Source: Minisyncoccota bacterium (GTDB lineage: Bacteria > Patescibacteriota > Minisyncoccia > Phycocordibacterales > UBA918). Taken from it: a stretch of DNA of 64,000 bases. The notes beneath the pieces were generated by a model. The model was given only the letters and a program-made list of their open reading frames with translations, made no database searches and had not been told where the DNA came from. The position numbers and the translations under genes are program-made. Shown here piece by piece: positions 1-7,890 of the stretch (the first letter of the stretch is position 1; every line of letters starts with the position of its first letter). Location of the stretch: assembly GCA_022841645.1 (NCBI GenBank), contig JALHRC010000001.1:33346-97345 (forward strand). The letters run 5' to 3'.

Positions 1-460
1 CAAACGAGGGGATGATAGCGATAAGACCCGCGTGATGTTCGCGCAGGAGCTCTTCATCAAGACGCGGCCGGTAGTAGAAACCTTCGATGTTGGAACGAGT
101 GACGAGCTTGATGAGGTTTTGGTATCCTTCGAAGTTTTTGGCGAGCAAGACCAGGCGTGAGCGTGGTTTGTCGATGCGGGTGTCTTTATCATGCCGGGTG
201 CGGGGGGCGAGGTGAGCGTCGAGCCCAATGATCGGCTTAATCTTTTCTTTGGTACAGGCCTTGTAGAAATCGATGGCACCGTACAGGGCACCGTTATCAG
301 TCAAGGCAAGCGCCGGCTGCCCGTCGCCTTTGGCGGCGTAGGCGAGCTCCTTGGGGGTAGGGAGCGCGTTTAAAAGGGAATAGTGCGAGTGGACGTGGAG
401 GTGGACGAAGGTGGCGGTGCTCCCGTCGGTCGTGGTGTCGGTCGTGGAGGTGTCGGCCAT
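1..460 (-). CDS. dnaE: DNA polymerase III alpha subunit, N-terminal PHP domain (runs off the window start)
   Basis: Manual translation of the minus strand from ATG at 460: ...FVHLHVHSHYSLLNAL...ALALTDNGALYGAIDFYKAC...KPIIG...RLVLLAKNFEGYQNLIKLVTRSNIEGFYYRPR; absent from the ORF track because it is truncated. Confidence 0.95.
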   Translation of the reverse strand, partial: MADTSTTDTTTDGSTATFVHLHVHSHYSLLNALPTPKELAYAAKGDGQPALALTDNGALYGAIDFYKACTKEKIKPIIGLDAHLAPRTRHDKDTRIDKPRSRLVLLAKNFEGYQNLIKLVTRSNIEGFYYRPRLDEELLREHHAGLIAIIPSF

Positions 461-552
461 GGTCGGGACAGTATAGCACTCACTCAGGTTTACAAAAAAG
501 ATCAGAATGCTTCAGGCTTTCCGGTGCAAGTCGCCTCATAACGAAAACTGCC

Positions 553-687
553 AAACTCGCTTCGCTCAGACAGTGACAGTTTTCTATTCGGCTCTGTGCA
601 CCGTAGAAAGCCTTCTCGCAATGATCTTTTTTTGGTAAACCCTCGCTCGTGTGTGGAGAGCCCTAAAACTCGCTTCGCTCAGACAGT
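553..687 (+). repeat. 22-bp direct repeat AAACTCGCTTCGCTCAGACAGT (553-574 and 666-687) in a stem-rich intergenic region
   Basis: Exact duplicate read from the sequence; the first copy is enclosed by GAAAACTG/CAGTTTTC and a larger imperfect stem. Confidence 0.8.
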
Positions 688-1019
688 CGCATTTTACTAG
701 TCCGTCCAGAATGCCACGTCCGCTCTGCGGCGTGGATGAATGGACAAAAGAAAACGTAACGGCGGAGCCGTTTCTTCTGCTAGCAAAAACACCCGGATTC
801 CGCCCGCGTAATGCCCCGCCCTGTTCTGCCGCGGGGATAGCGTGGCGGATGTTTTTACTGCTCTGGCTCATTACCCATCATCAATTACTCCGCAATGACG
901 ATTTTCCGAGAGTGCTCGCTCGTGTGCGTGAAAAAGGTCGCTTCATCGAGACTGAGACATTCCCGTTTTCATATCGGGAGCGACCGGCAGCGCGTCCTGT
1001 GCAATGTCTTTCCCACCCG

Positions 1020-1547
1020 CTACTGCACCCGTTGGGGGGAAAGATCATTTAGATATTGGTCCACCTCCCTGTAGTTTTTTAGAATGATTGATTTTGAGCG
1101 GTATGTTTTTACAAATTCCCTCATATCCTTACCGTGCGTAAACGTTCGTTTAATTATTTGGTAGGTAAATTTCATGTCTTCCCACCTAGTAATTTCTGGA
1201 TGTCTGTTAGTTCGAAAAACTCTCCGTACGTGATTTATTAACCTCCGCCACAAAGGTATATCGAGAAATACAATGATGTCCGCCTGTTCGGCAATTAGAG
1301 GCTGTACTCTGGAATACCAACCCTCAGAAACCCAGTCAGTATTTTTTTCTAAAAAACATTCGACGCCTAGACGAATCTTTTCACGAACACCAGCTCTACC
1401 GTCACTGTCGTCGCGTTTAAATGTATGACCGCCATTTTCAAACCAGAGTCGATCAAGTTGTAAATGCGGAATCTTATGACACTGACTAATTTTTTGAGCG
1501 AGCGTCGTCTTGCCGCTACCACAATTTCCTATGATAGTAATTTTCAT
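1020..1547 (-). CDS. P-loop kinase, adenylate-kinase-like / DNA topology modulation (FlaR-like) family
   Basis: MKITIIGNCGSGKTTLA Walker A, LDRLWF, WVSEGWY, ADIIVFLDIP; visibly AT-richer than its neighbours. Confidence 0.75.
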   Translation of the reverse strand: MKITIIGNCGSGKTTLAQKISQCHKIPHLQLDRLWFENGGHTFKRDDSDGRAGVREKIRLGVECFLEKNTDWVSEGWYSRVQPLIAEQADIIVFLDIPLWRRLINHVRRVFRTNRHPEITRWEDMKFTYQIIKRTFTHGKDMREFVKTYRSKSIILKNYREVDQYLNDLSPQRVQ

Positions 1548-1566
1548 TTGCTACTATTGTATCAAT

Positions 1567-2214
1567 ATGCAGTGGCTCATCGGTATCGACGAAGTGGGGC
1601 GGGGGCCTTTGGCGGGGCCAGTGATGGTCGGGGTGGTGGCCGTTCCTGTTGATTTTGATTGGACGTTGTTGCCTGGAGTTACTGATAGTAAAAAGCTGTC
1701 GGAAAAGCGGCGGGAAGCAATTTACAAAAATGCAAATGATTTGCAAGGTCAGGGGAAGCTTATATATAGGGTTGCGGGTGAGTCGGCGCAGGTGATTGAC
1801 GAAATCGGCATCGTTCCTGCTATTAAGCTTGCGCTTGAACGAGCGCTTGGCGAAGTGATGGAGCAAGTACAAATTTCCCCGAGGACCGACCTCGGGATAA
1901 AAAACCCGAGGTCGGTCCTCGGGTTTGACGGTGTGTTGGTGAAGCTCGACGGTGGTTTGGTGGCACCTCCCGAATACGTACATCAGGAGACAATTATCAA
2001 GGGGGATGGCAGCGAGCCGGTAATTGGTCTTGCGTCCATCGTGGCCAAGGTGACGCGTGATCGGGAAATGGTGCGGTTGTCGAGCGAGTACTCTGGGTAT
2101 GACTTGGATGTACATAAGGGGTATGGGACGGCGGCGCACTGCGCAGCGGTGCGCCGCCTCGGCCTTTCTCCGCTGCATCGGCGTAGCTTCTGTCGTAACC
2201 TAGTAGCGCGTTAG
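1567..2214 (+). CDS. rnhB: Ribonuclease HII, carrying an in-frame palindromic insertion
   Basis: GIDEVGRGPLAGPV, DSKKLS, IIKGD, ASIVAKVTRD, HKGYGT, HRRSF motifs. Confidence 0.95.
   Translation: MQWLIGIDEVGRGPLAGPVMVGVVAVPVDFDWTLLPGVTDSKKLSEKRREAIYKNANDLQGQGKLIYRVAGESAQVIDEIGIVPAIKLALERALGEVMEQVQISPRTDLGIKNPRSVLGFDGVLVKLDGGLVAPPEYVHQETIIKGDGSEPVIGLASIVAKVTRDREMVRLSSEYSGYDLDVHKGYGTAAHCAAVRRLGLSPLHRRSFCRNLVAR
1878..1923. repeat. REP-like inverted doublet inside rnhB
   Basis: CCCGAGGACCGACCTCGGG-ATAAAAAA-CCCGAGGTCGGTCCTCGGG: a perfect 19-bp inverted repeat whose arms are each a 7-bp hairpin. Confidence 0.9.
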
Positions 2215-2228
2215 ACACCGTGAGGTGG

Positions 2229-2258
2229 TTGACGAAGGGAAAGCGGGCGTAGTACGGT
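2229..2258 (+). promoter_or_regulatory. Putative sigma70 promoter for Cys-rich mini-gene 1
   Basis: TTGACG-18 bp-TACGGT. Confidence 0.5.
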
Positions 2259-2309
2259 TACCTCATTCTCGCGGTTGGCGCGAGGGGTTCTTCAGGGAAG
2301 GGGGTTCCT

Positions 2310-2540
2310 GTGGGAGAGATCGTTGTTCCGGCTGGTAAGCAGTGCGCTGCCGTTTGCTCGTGTGCGTTTCCGCGCGACGGATCTGCCTGTTCGAAAGGAA
2401 TACCTGGGTTGGTTCCACCCGAATGTGATGGCTTCCTTCCTTTCGATTTCGGCCGTGGGGTGTGTCGCGTAGGCTGCAGCTGGGAATCGCAACCCGTTCC
2501 AGTGGTTGGTCGGCGCGCGATCGAGGCTGGCCGCCAATAG
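2310..2540 (+). CDS. Small Cys-rich hypothetical protein (76 aa)
   Basis: GTG start after GGAAGGGG; PAGKQCAAVC...ACSKG...ECDG; followed by a GC hairpin. Confidence 0.55.
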   Translation: MGEIVVPAGKQCAAVCSCAFPRDGSACSKGIPGLVPPECDGFLPFDFGRGVCRVGCSWESQPVPVVGRRAIEAGRQ

Positions 2541-2639
2541 GGTTCAATCAACCCAAAATTAGATGGCCGACGGGAATTCCCCCGTCGGCGTTGGTGTTTT
2601 AGGAGTTTAATTATCCACCTGGGTACGGCACTCATTCGG

Positions 2640-2669
2640 TTGACAGTGAAGGCTTTTGTATACTATGGT
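2640..2669 (+). promoter_or_regulatory. Putative sigma70 promoter for Cys-rich mini-gene 2
   Basis: TTGACA-18 bp-TATGGT. Confidence 0.55.
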
Positions 2670-2740
2670 GTGCTTTGGCCTCGCGATTTTTGTTAGTGAG
2701 GTATACGATCTTTCATTTTTTCAAGGGGGGGGGTAGCCAA

Positions 2741-2953
2741 GTGCCTAAGCAAGATTACGAGCCGCCAGTTGGTCTTCCGTGTCAGCGAAATTGTGTACGT
2801 GCAGGAAAAGATGCCTGTGTGCATGGGAAGCACTACGCTCCTGATAACGGCATGATCACTGAGAAGTGCGTGGGAGCATACTATCCCCAGTACGTTCTTG
2901 AGATGGGGCTTGTCACTGTCGCACGTAAGACACAGCCGCTCGCGGCTGACTGA
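2741..2953 (+). CDS. Small Cys-rich hypothetical protein (70 aa), probable distant paralog of 2310-2540
   Basis: GTG start after a G-run; PVGLPCQRNC...ACVHG...KCVG; followed by a GC hairpin and T-run. Confidence 0.55.
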   Translation: MPKQDYEPPVGLPCQRNCVRAGKDACVHGKHYAPDNGMITEKCVGAYYPQYVLEMGLVTVARKTQPLAAD

Positions 2954-3033
2954 ATGCAGCCGATGCGCCCGCGGGGGAACCCCTCCCGCGGCGCTTTGCT
3001 TTTTTATACAAAGCTGCTATAGTAGCGCCCATT

Positions 3034-3294
3034 ATGGTAGTCCGAATGCGTCATACAAGCGGTCAAACCCGCAGCCGCCGTTCCCACCACGCGCTTGAGG
3101 CGACAGCCCTCGCGGTGTGCAAGAACTGTGGTGCAGAGCACCGCCCGCACCACATGTGCCTTAGTTGTGGTTTTTATAAGGGTCGGGTAGTAATTGATCT
3201 CCTCGCGAAGAAGAAAGCCCGTGAGGCGCGCCTCGCAGAGAAGCGGGCCATCATCCGTGGGGATGAAGCGTCTCCCGTTACCGAAGAGAAATAA
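3034..3294 (+). CDS. rpmF: 50S ribosomal protein L32
   Basis: RHTSGQTRSRRSH, CKNCG..HRPHHMCLSCGFYKG. Confidence 0.95.
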   Translation: MVVRMRHTSGQTRSRRSHHALEATALAVCKNCGAEHRPHHMCLSCGFYKGRVVIDLLAKKKAREARLAEKRAIIRGDEASPVTEEK

Positions 3295-3402
3295 GTATTC
3301 ACAAGAAACCCCGCTCTCCGCGGGGTTTGTGGATTGTAGTAGGTGACATCGTAACTGCGTGGTACAGTGGATGGCAGCAGAAGCTAGGTACATCCTTAAT
3401 AT

Positions 3403-4305
3403 ATGGCGAATCGGCACCTTTCCCGCAGCATCGTTCTTCAAACCCTCTTTGAGGGCGATCTAGGTGCTCTCGATCGCAGTGCTTTCAACGAAGTATTGAA
3501 TCGCAACGTTAATGAGTTTGCTCCTAACAAAGCCGATTTTCCTTTTATGGAGCGGCTCCTCGATGGAATTTTAGGGAAGCAGTCGGAGCTTGATTTAGTG
3601 ATCTCGAAGGCTGCACCCGAGTGGCCGCTTGAGCGTATTTCGCCGGTCGACCGGAATATTTTGCGTCTCGGCCTCTACGAGCTCCTCTTTTCCGAGCGTA
3701 GTGAAGTGCCGGCGAAAGTGGCCATCAACGAAGCGATTGAACTAGCAAAGCAATTTGGTGGAGAAAATAGTAGCCGGTTTGTAAACGGCGTACTAGGTGC
3801 TGTCTATAAGGAGATTGGTGAACCAGGGAAAGAAGAGATCAGTAAGCGGAAGAAGAAAGAAGTCCCGTTTGATCAAATGCCGATCGAGCGCCTCGCTGGA
3901 GCAGTGGTGTACGCCGAAGAAGACGGGGTGATGTACCTGGCGCTGGTCCATGACATTTTTGGTCACTGGACCCTCAGCAAGAGCAAGGTGCAGCCGGAGG
4001 AGACGGTGGAAGAGGGAGCCACACGCGCCCTTAAAGAGGAAATGGGCCTCCCGGTTACCATTGAGGCGGAGCTGGGGCACAACGAATACGTGGCTTCGCA
4101 GCCTGAAAAAGGAAAGGTGCGGAAGCAGGTCCACTACTTCTTGGCCCACGCCCCGTACCAAGACGTAACGTTGGCTAAAAAAGGTGGTCTCGACGATGCT
4201 AAGTGGTTTAAAGTAGCCGACATCCTAGAGCTCAATTTCTATGAAGATATTTTGCCAATTGTGACCAAGGCCGTCACGATGCTCGTTGGCAAAAAGAGTA
4301 AATAG
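3403..4305 (+). CDS. nusB: Transcription antitermination factor NusB fused to a C-terminal NUDIX domain
   Basis: NusB: DRNILRLGLYEL, VAINEAIELAKQFG, FVNGVLG. C-terminal: AGAVV, ETVEEGATRALKEEMG (degenerate Nudix box). Confidence 0.9.
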   Translation: MANRHLSRSIVLQTLFEGDLGALDRSAFNEVLNRNVNEFAPNKADFPFMERLLDGILGKQSELDLVISKAAPEWPLERISPVDRNILRLGLYELLFSERSEVPAKVAINEAIELAKQFGGENSSRFVNGVLGAVYKEIGEPGKEEISKRKKKEVPFDQMPIERLAGAVVYAEEDGVMYLALVHDIFGHWTLSKSKVQPEETVEEGATRALKEEMGLPVTIEAELGHNEYVASQPEKGKVRKQVHYFLAHAPYQDVTLAKKGGLDDAKWFKVADILELNFYEDILPIVTKAVTMLVGKKSK

Positions 4306-4343
4306 TGCTAGGCTCACTGCCGTTACTAGCCTCCTATCCTGTT

Positions 4344-5051
4344 ATGGAAGACCGCAATCCTGAGATTGATCTCGCTGCTCTTATGGACCTCGTCGAGGCG
4401 CGTTTTAATGATCCGACCCTTCTTCTCTCGGCAGTCACTCACCGTTCGTATCTTAACGAACATCGCGAAGCGACTTGGGAACACAACGAACGGCTGGAGT
4501 TTTTAGGCGATGCTGTTCTCGAGCTCGTGGTCACCGATTTTCTGTTTACTACTTATAGAGATAAGCCTGAAGGAGAGCTTACTGCTATTCGTGCTGCGCT
4601 CGTTAATACTGTGTCACTTGCGATTGCTTCGGAAGAACTGGGCATCAACAAGTTTCTCCTCATGTCGAAAGGCGAGGCCAAAGACGAAGGTCGGGCCCGG
4701 CAGTATATTTTGGCGAACGTCTTTGAAGCAATTATAGGCGCGCTGTATCTCGACCAGGGTTTTACCGCAGCGCGTGCCTTCATTGCGCCCCGTCTCTTTA
4801 AACACACGCAAGAGATTGTTGATAAACGCCTTTGGCAAGACCCTAAGAGTCGTTTCCAGGAACTAGCGCAGGAAAAGGCCTCTATCACGCCCACCTACGA
4901 AACCATGGCCCAAGAAGGTCCCGACCACGACCGGGTGTTTACTATCGGTGTATTTCTACGTCACGAGAAGGTAGCGGAAGGCAAGGGGCGCTCCAAGCAA
5001 GAAGCGGAGCAGCAAGCCGCTGAACGGGCGATTGCAGCGAAGGGGTGGTAG
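4344..5051 (+). CDS. rnc: Ribonuclease III
   Basis: HNERLEFLGDAVL signature and C-terminal dsRBD (DPKSRFQE...GRSKQEAEQQAA). Confidence 0.97.
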   Translation: MEDRNPEIDLAALMDLVEARFNDPTLLLSAVTHRSYLNEHREATWEHNERLEFLGDAVLELVVTDFLFTTYRDKPEGELTAIRAALVNTVSLAIASEELGINKFLLMSKGEAKDEGRARQYILANVFEAIIGALYLDQGFTAARAFIAPRLFKHTQEIVDKRLWQDPKSRFQELAQEKASITPTYETMAQEGPDHDRVFTIGVFLRHEKVAEGKGRSKQEAEQQAAERAIAAKGW

Positions 5052-5145
5052 TTAGTTGTCCATAGAAGTAGAGGGAGAATATTTTGAAAACAATGCACGC
5101 ACGACCCCGCCTCTCTCGGGGTCGTGCGTGGTACACTTTGATTGT

Positions 5146-6069
5146 ATGGAAGCGTTCTTACGCCGCCGGTCTACTCGTATTGGCCTACCACCCTACCACC
5201 GTGGTTTTACGCTGGTGGAAATTCTCGTGGTTGTGGCCATTATCAGCATATTGGCATCAGTGGTGGCCATATACTCTCTCCAGAGCGGTAGAGTTTCGCG
5301 TGATGCGCAACGTCAGGCTGACTTGCGCGAGATGCAAGCGGCAGTCGAGCTCTATAAGCAGCGGCATGGTCGATATCCGGAAGCATGTGGCAGTCCGCCA
5401 AGAGTTGCTCCGCAATGGGCCGGAGAAATTCTGGGTCCCCATGAGTGTTTTACAACTGGCGCTACAGCTACCCGGACACCCCAGTACATAGTAGGTGCGA
5501 ACGGTCGATGGTTTACTGATTTCATGGATCGTCTTCCAAGTGATCCGGCGCGCGGCTCCGGGGAAGGGTATGCCTATATGACCAATGCTGAAGGTACCGT
5601 CTACAAAATCATTGCGATGAATACGGTGGAGAGTGAGGTTGTGTCAGTAAGTCATCCTCTAAAAAGTTGTGATGTAAAACCAGATGAACTCGGCTCAAAT
5701 ATAGATATTCGTATTGTAGGATTGTGCGGAGCGCGCCCTTCAGGAGGCACTGCGGCAATGATCACTACAGCGGATGATTGTCATCCAGAAGGTACTCTTA
5801 CTAATGATCGTTTTGAGACAAGCTATGCCGTATGGGGAGGATTTGCCCCTGTCTTGGCTGATGGAGATACCGGCAATTCTGGTGGTTGTCGAAGCATTAG
5901 CGGAACAGTGACTTGCCTTCACCCAAACCCTCCGGACGCCAGAGCTGATTCTCTTAATGTGTTTATGAATTGGTCGAACAAAGCCACTACCACTATATCT
6001 CAGGAAAATAACGCCAATATCGTGCGAGTCCGCGGTTTGAGACATACTACTGATGTTATATGCAGTTAA
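5146..6069 (+). CDS. Type IV pilin / PulG-like protein 1 with extended C-terminus
   Basis: Prepilin motif RG|FTLVEILVVVAIISILASVV, then RDAQRQADL..ELY...YP. Confidence 0.85.
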   Translation: MEAFLRRRSTRIGLPPYHRGFTLVEILVVVAIISILASVVAIYSLQSGRVSRDAQRQADLREMQAAVELYKQRHGRYPEACGSPPRVAPQWAGEILGPHECFTTGATATRTPQYIVGANGRWFTDFMDRLPSDPARGSGEGYAYMTNAEGTVYKIIAMNTVESEVVSVSHPLKSCDVKPDELGSNIDIRIVGLCGARPSGGTAAMITTADDCHPEGTLTNDRFETSYAVWGGFAPVLADGDTGNSGGCRSISGTVTCLHPNPPDARADSLNVFMNWSNKATTTISQENNANIVRVRGLRHTTDVICS

Positions 6070-6650
6070 CTTTCCCCATTTGCCACCTTAAGCGCAGTCC
6101 CACAGCCGGTGGATTTACCTTAATTGAAATCCTTGTCGTTGTAACTCTTATCGGCATACTGGCGTCTATTGTTATAGTGAATCTAAGTAATGCGCGGGAG
6201 CAGAGCCAGATTGCCCGCGCTACCGAAGAGCTAAAAAACATTGAACAAGCTTTTCGTTTGTATCGCAACGAAACGGGTCGTATGCCACCAGGGAGTGATC
6301 ATTGTTCTTTGTGTGGTTGGGGTGGGTGGGCCGATCCTGCACCTAGCGAGTCTACTAAGGCTGCGTGGAGAGCTGCCTGGACTGATGTTGCTACTGATGT
6401 TAATGGTGTAACGGGTACTCGCTTACCTGAAAACGATCCGTGGGGAAATTACTACGCCTACGATAACAATTATTTAGTGACCAATGCTCAGGGTACTGAG
6501 GCTCCTAGTATCGTGTGTAGTGTGGGTCCAAATGGCACGCTTGATACCTGGAGGGACGCTGCCACACCGCTTGATGTTGATACACGGAAAGACGTGCTGG
6601 TCGATGACATTTGTATTTTCTTTGATGAGCCAGACGATAGTGACAGTTAA
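6060..6650 (+). CDS. Type IV pilin / GspG-like protein 2
   Basis: GG|FTLIEILVVVTLIGILAS; DPWGNYY and SVGPNG resemble GspG motifs. Confidence 0.85.
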   Translation: MQLTFPICHLKRSPTAGGFTLIEILVVVTLIGILASIVIVNLSNAREQSQIARATEELKNIEQAFRLYRNETGRMPPGSDHCSLCGWGGWADPAPSESTKAAWRAAWTDVATDVNGVTGTRLPENDPWGNYYAYDNNYLVTNAQGTEAPSIVCSVGPNGTLDTWRDAATPLDVDTRKDVLVDDICIFFDEPDDSDS

Positions 6651-6701
6651 GGGGAATAAGGTTACCGAGTAGCCTTGGCCAGCGTGGTAGCATACGGGTG
6701 T

Positions 6702-7304
6702 ATGCAAGCAGGTATGATTCGACTAGAGCGAGGCTTTTCATTGGTGGAATTACTTGTCGCCATTACGATAATGGGAATCTTGCTATCGCTCATTTATGTT
6801 AATTTCCAGCAGTCGCGGGCGAGTACACGCGATAAGATTCGTCAGACGACGCTCGCCGATTTGAAGCTCGCTATTGAACAGTATCGCGCTCAGACGGGTG
6901 CGTATCCAGTGCAGGGATGCGGTAGTCCTGATGAATGGGTGACTAGCGATAGCATACCGTCTGATTGGGAAGTTGATATTGGTGCGGCGGCGGAGAAGTG
7001 CACTTCCGGCACTGACTTTATTGCCGGATTAGTGCCCTCATACATTCAATCCCTTCCCAATCCCGCGCGAGCAGAAGGACGGCAGTTCTATTACCGCACT
7101 GACACTGATCGTACGGCCTACAAGCTGATTGTCTACGACGCGGTGGAAGTGTCGCGTAATTACATCGCATCATTTAACGATCGTTTTGCACCCTGCCCAC
7201 CGCAGGCAGCCGGAGGTGGAAGTCCATTTTGCGCGGGTGTTGTTGGGGTTCCTAATGAAAACCGCACCTATGCAGTCTATTCCCCTGGGGCTGAAGGTTG
7301 GTAA
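6702..7304 (+). CDS. Type IV pilin / PulG-like protein 3
   Basis: RG|FSLVELLVAITIMGILLS; RDKIR...YP; LVPSYIQSLPNP. Confidence 0.85.
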   Translation: MQAGMIRLERGFSLVELLVAITIMGILLSLIYVNFQQSRASTRDKIRQTTLADLKLAIEQYRAQTGAYPVQGCGSPDEWVTSDSIPSDWEVDIGAAAEKCTSGTDFIAGLVPSYIQSLPNPARAEGRQFYYRTDTDRTAYKLIVYDAVEVSRNYIASFNDRFAPCPPQAAGGGSPFCAGVVGVPNENRTYAVYSPGAEGW

Positions 7305-7309
7305 TTGGT

Positions 7310-7885
7310 ATGTTTAAACTTAAAAAAACAAAAACTGGCTTTACCTTGGTAGAGATGCTCGTGGTCATTGCTGTTATCGGAGTCCTGGCGGCTATTGTGT
7401 ATGCGTCATTCAGTAACTCGCGCGCGCAGGCGCGTGATCGGATCCGCATGGAGCACATGAAGCAATTGCAAGTGGCCCTGGAGCTGTACAAAGATAAGTA
7501 CGGGCGCTACCCGGCGCGTGGCTGTGTGTCAGACCAGGCAGTTGCGCCGTGGTGGTCGGGCAATGTGGTTTCTTCTGCGCAAGTAGCAGGGTGTCAAAAT
7601 TACATCGTTGGTCATGCCAATGGAATTAACTTCGTCCCAGATTTTATAGAAGAACTACCGACCGATCCACGACCGTCCACGCTCGCCGGAAGAGGTTTAC
7701 TGTATCGGACCGATGCAGTAGGGACAATGTACGCAATCATGTACAACTTGTCAGTTGAAAGCCTTTTGGTATACGACAAGACTCATCCATTTGCACGGGC
7801 GCAAAGTAGTCAGTGCGCTAGTACACCCCCTGAGGCGCGCACGTACTTTTTGTCATCGCCTAGCCGCACTGCAGCTTGTTGGTAG
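7310..7885 (+). CDS. Type IV pilin / PulG-like protein 4
   Basis: TG|FTLVEMLVVIAVIGVLAA; RDRIR...ELY...YP; FVPDFIEELPTDP. Confidence 0.85.
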   Translation: MFKLKKTKTGFTLVEMLVVIAVIGVLAAIVYASFSNSRAQARDRIRMEHMKQLQVALELYKDKYGRYPARGCVSDQAVAPWWSGNVVSSAQVAGCQNYIVGHANGINFVPDFIEELPTDPRPSTLAGRGLLYRTDAVGTMYAIMYNLSVESLLVYDKTHPFARAQSSQCASTPPEARTYFLSSPSRTAACW

Positions 7886-7890
7886 CCACT

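Noticed and set aside
553-687. Possible CRISPR repeat pair
   Set aside because: Only two copies, a 91-bp spacer and no cas genes.
584-1052. ORFs 584-871 and 651-1052
   Set aside because: They overlie palindromic repeats, lack protein-like motifs and have no start signals.
5146-7885. Diversity-generating retroelement or shufflon acting on the pilins
   Set aside because: No reverse transcriptase, recombinase, template/variable repeat pair or inversion sites were seen in the window.
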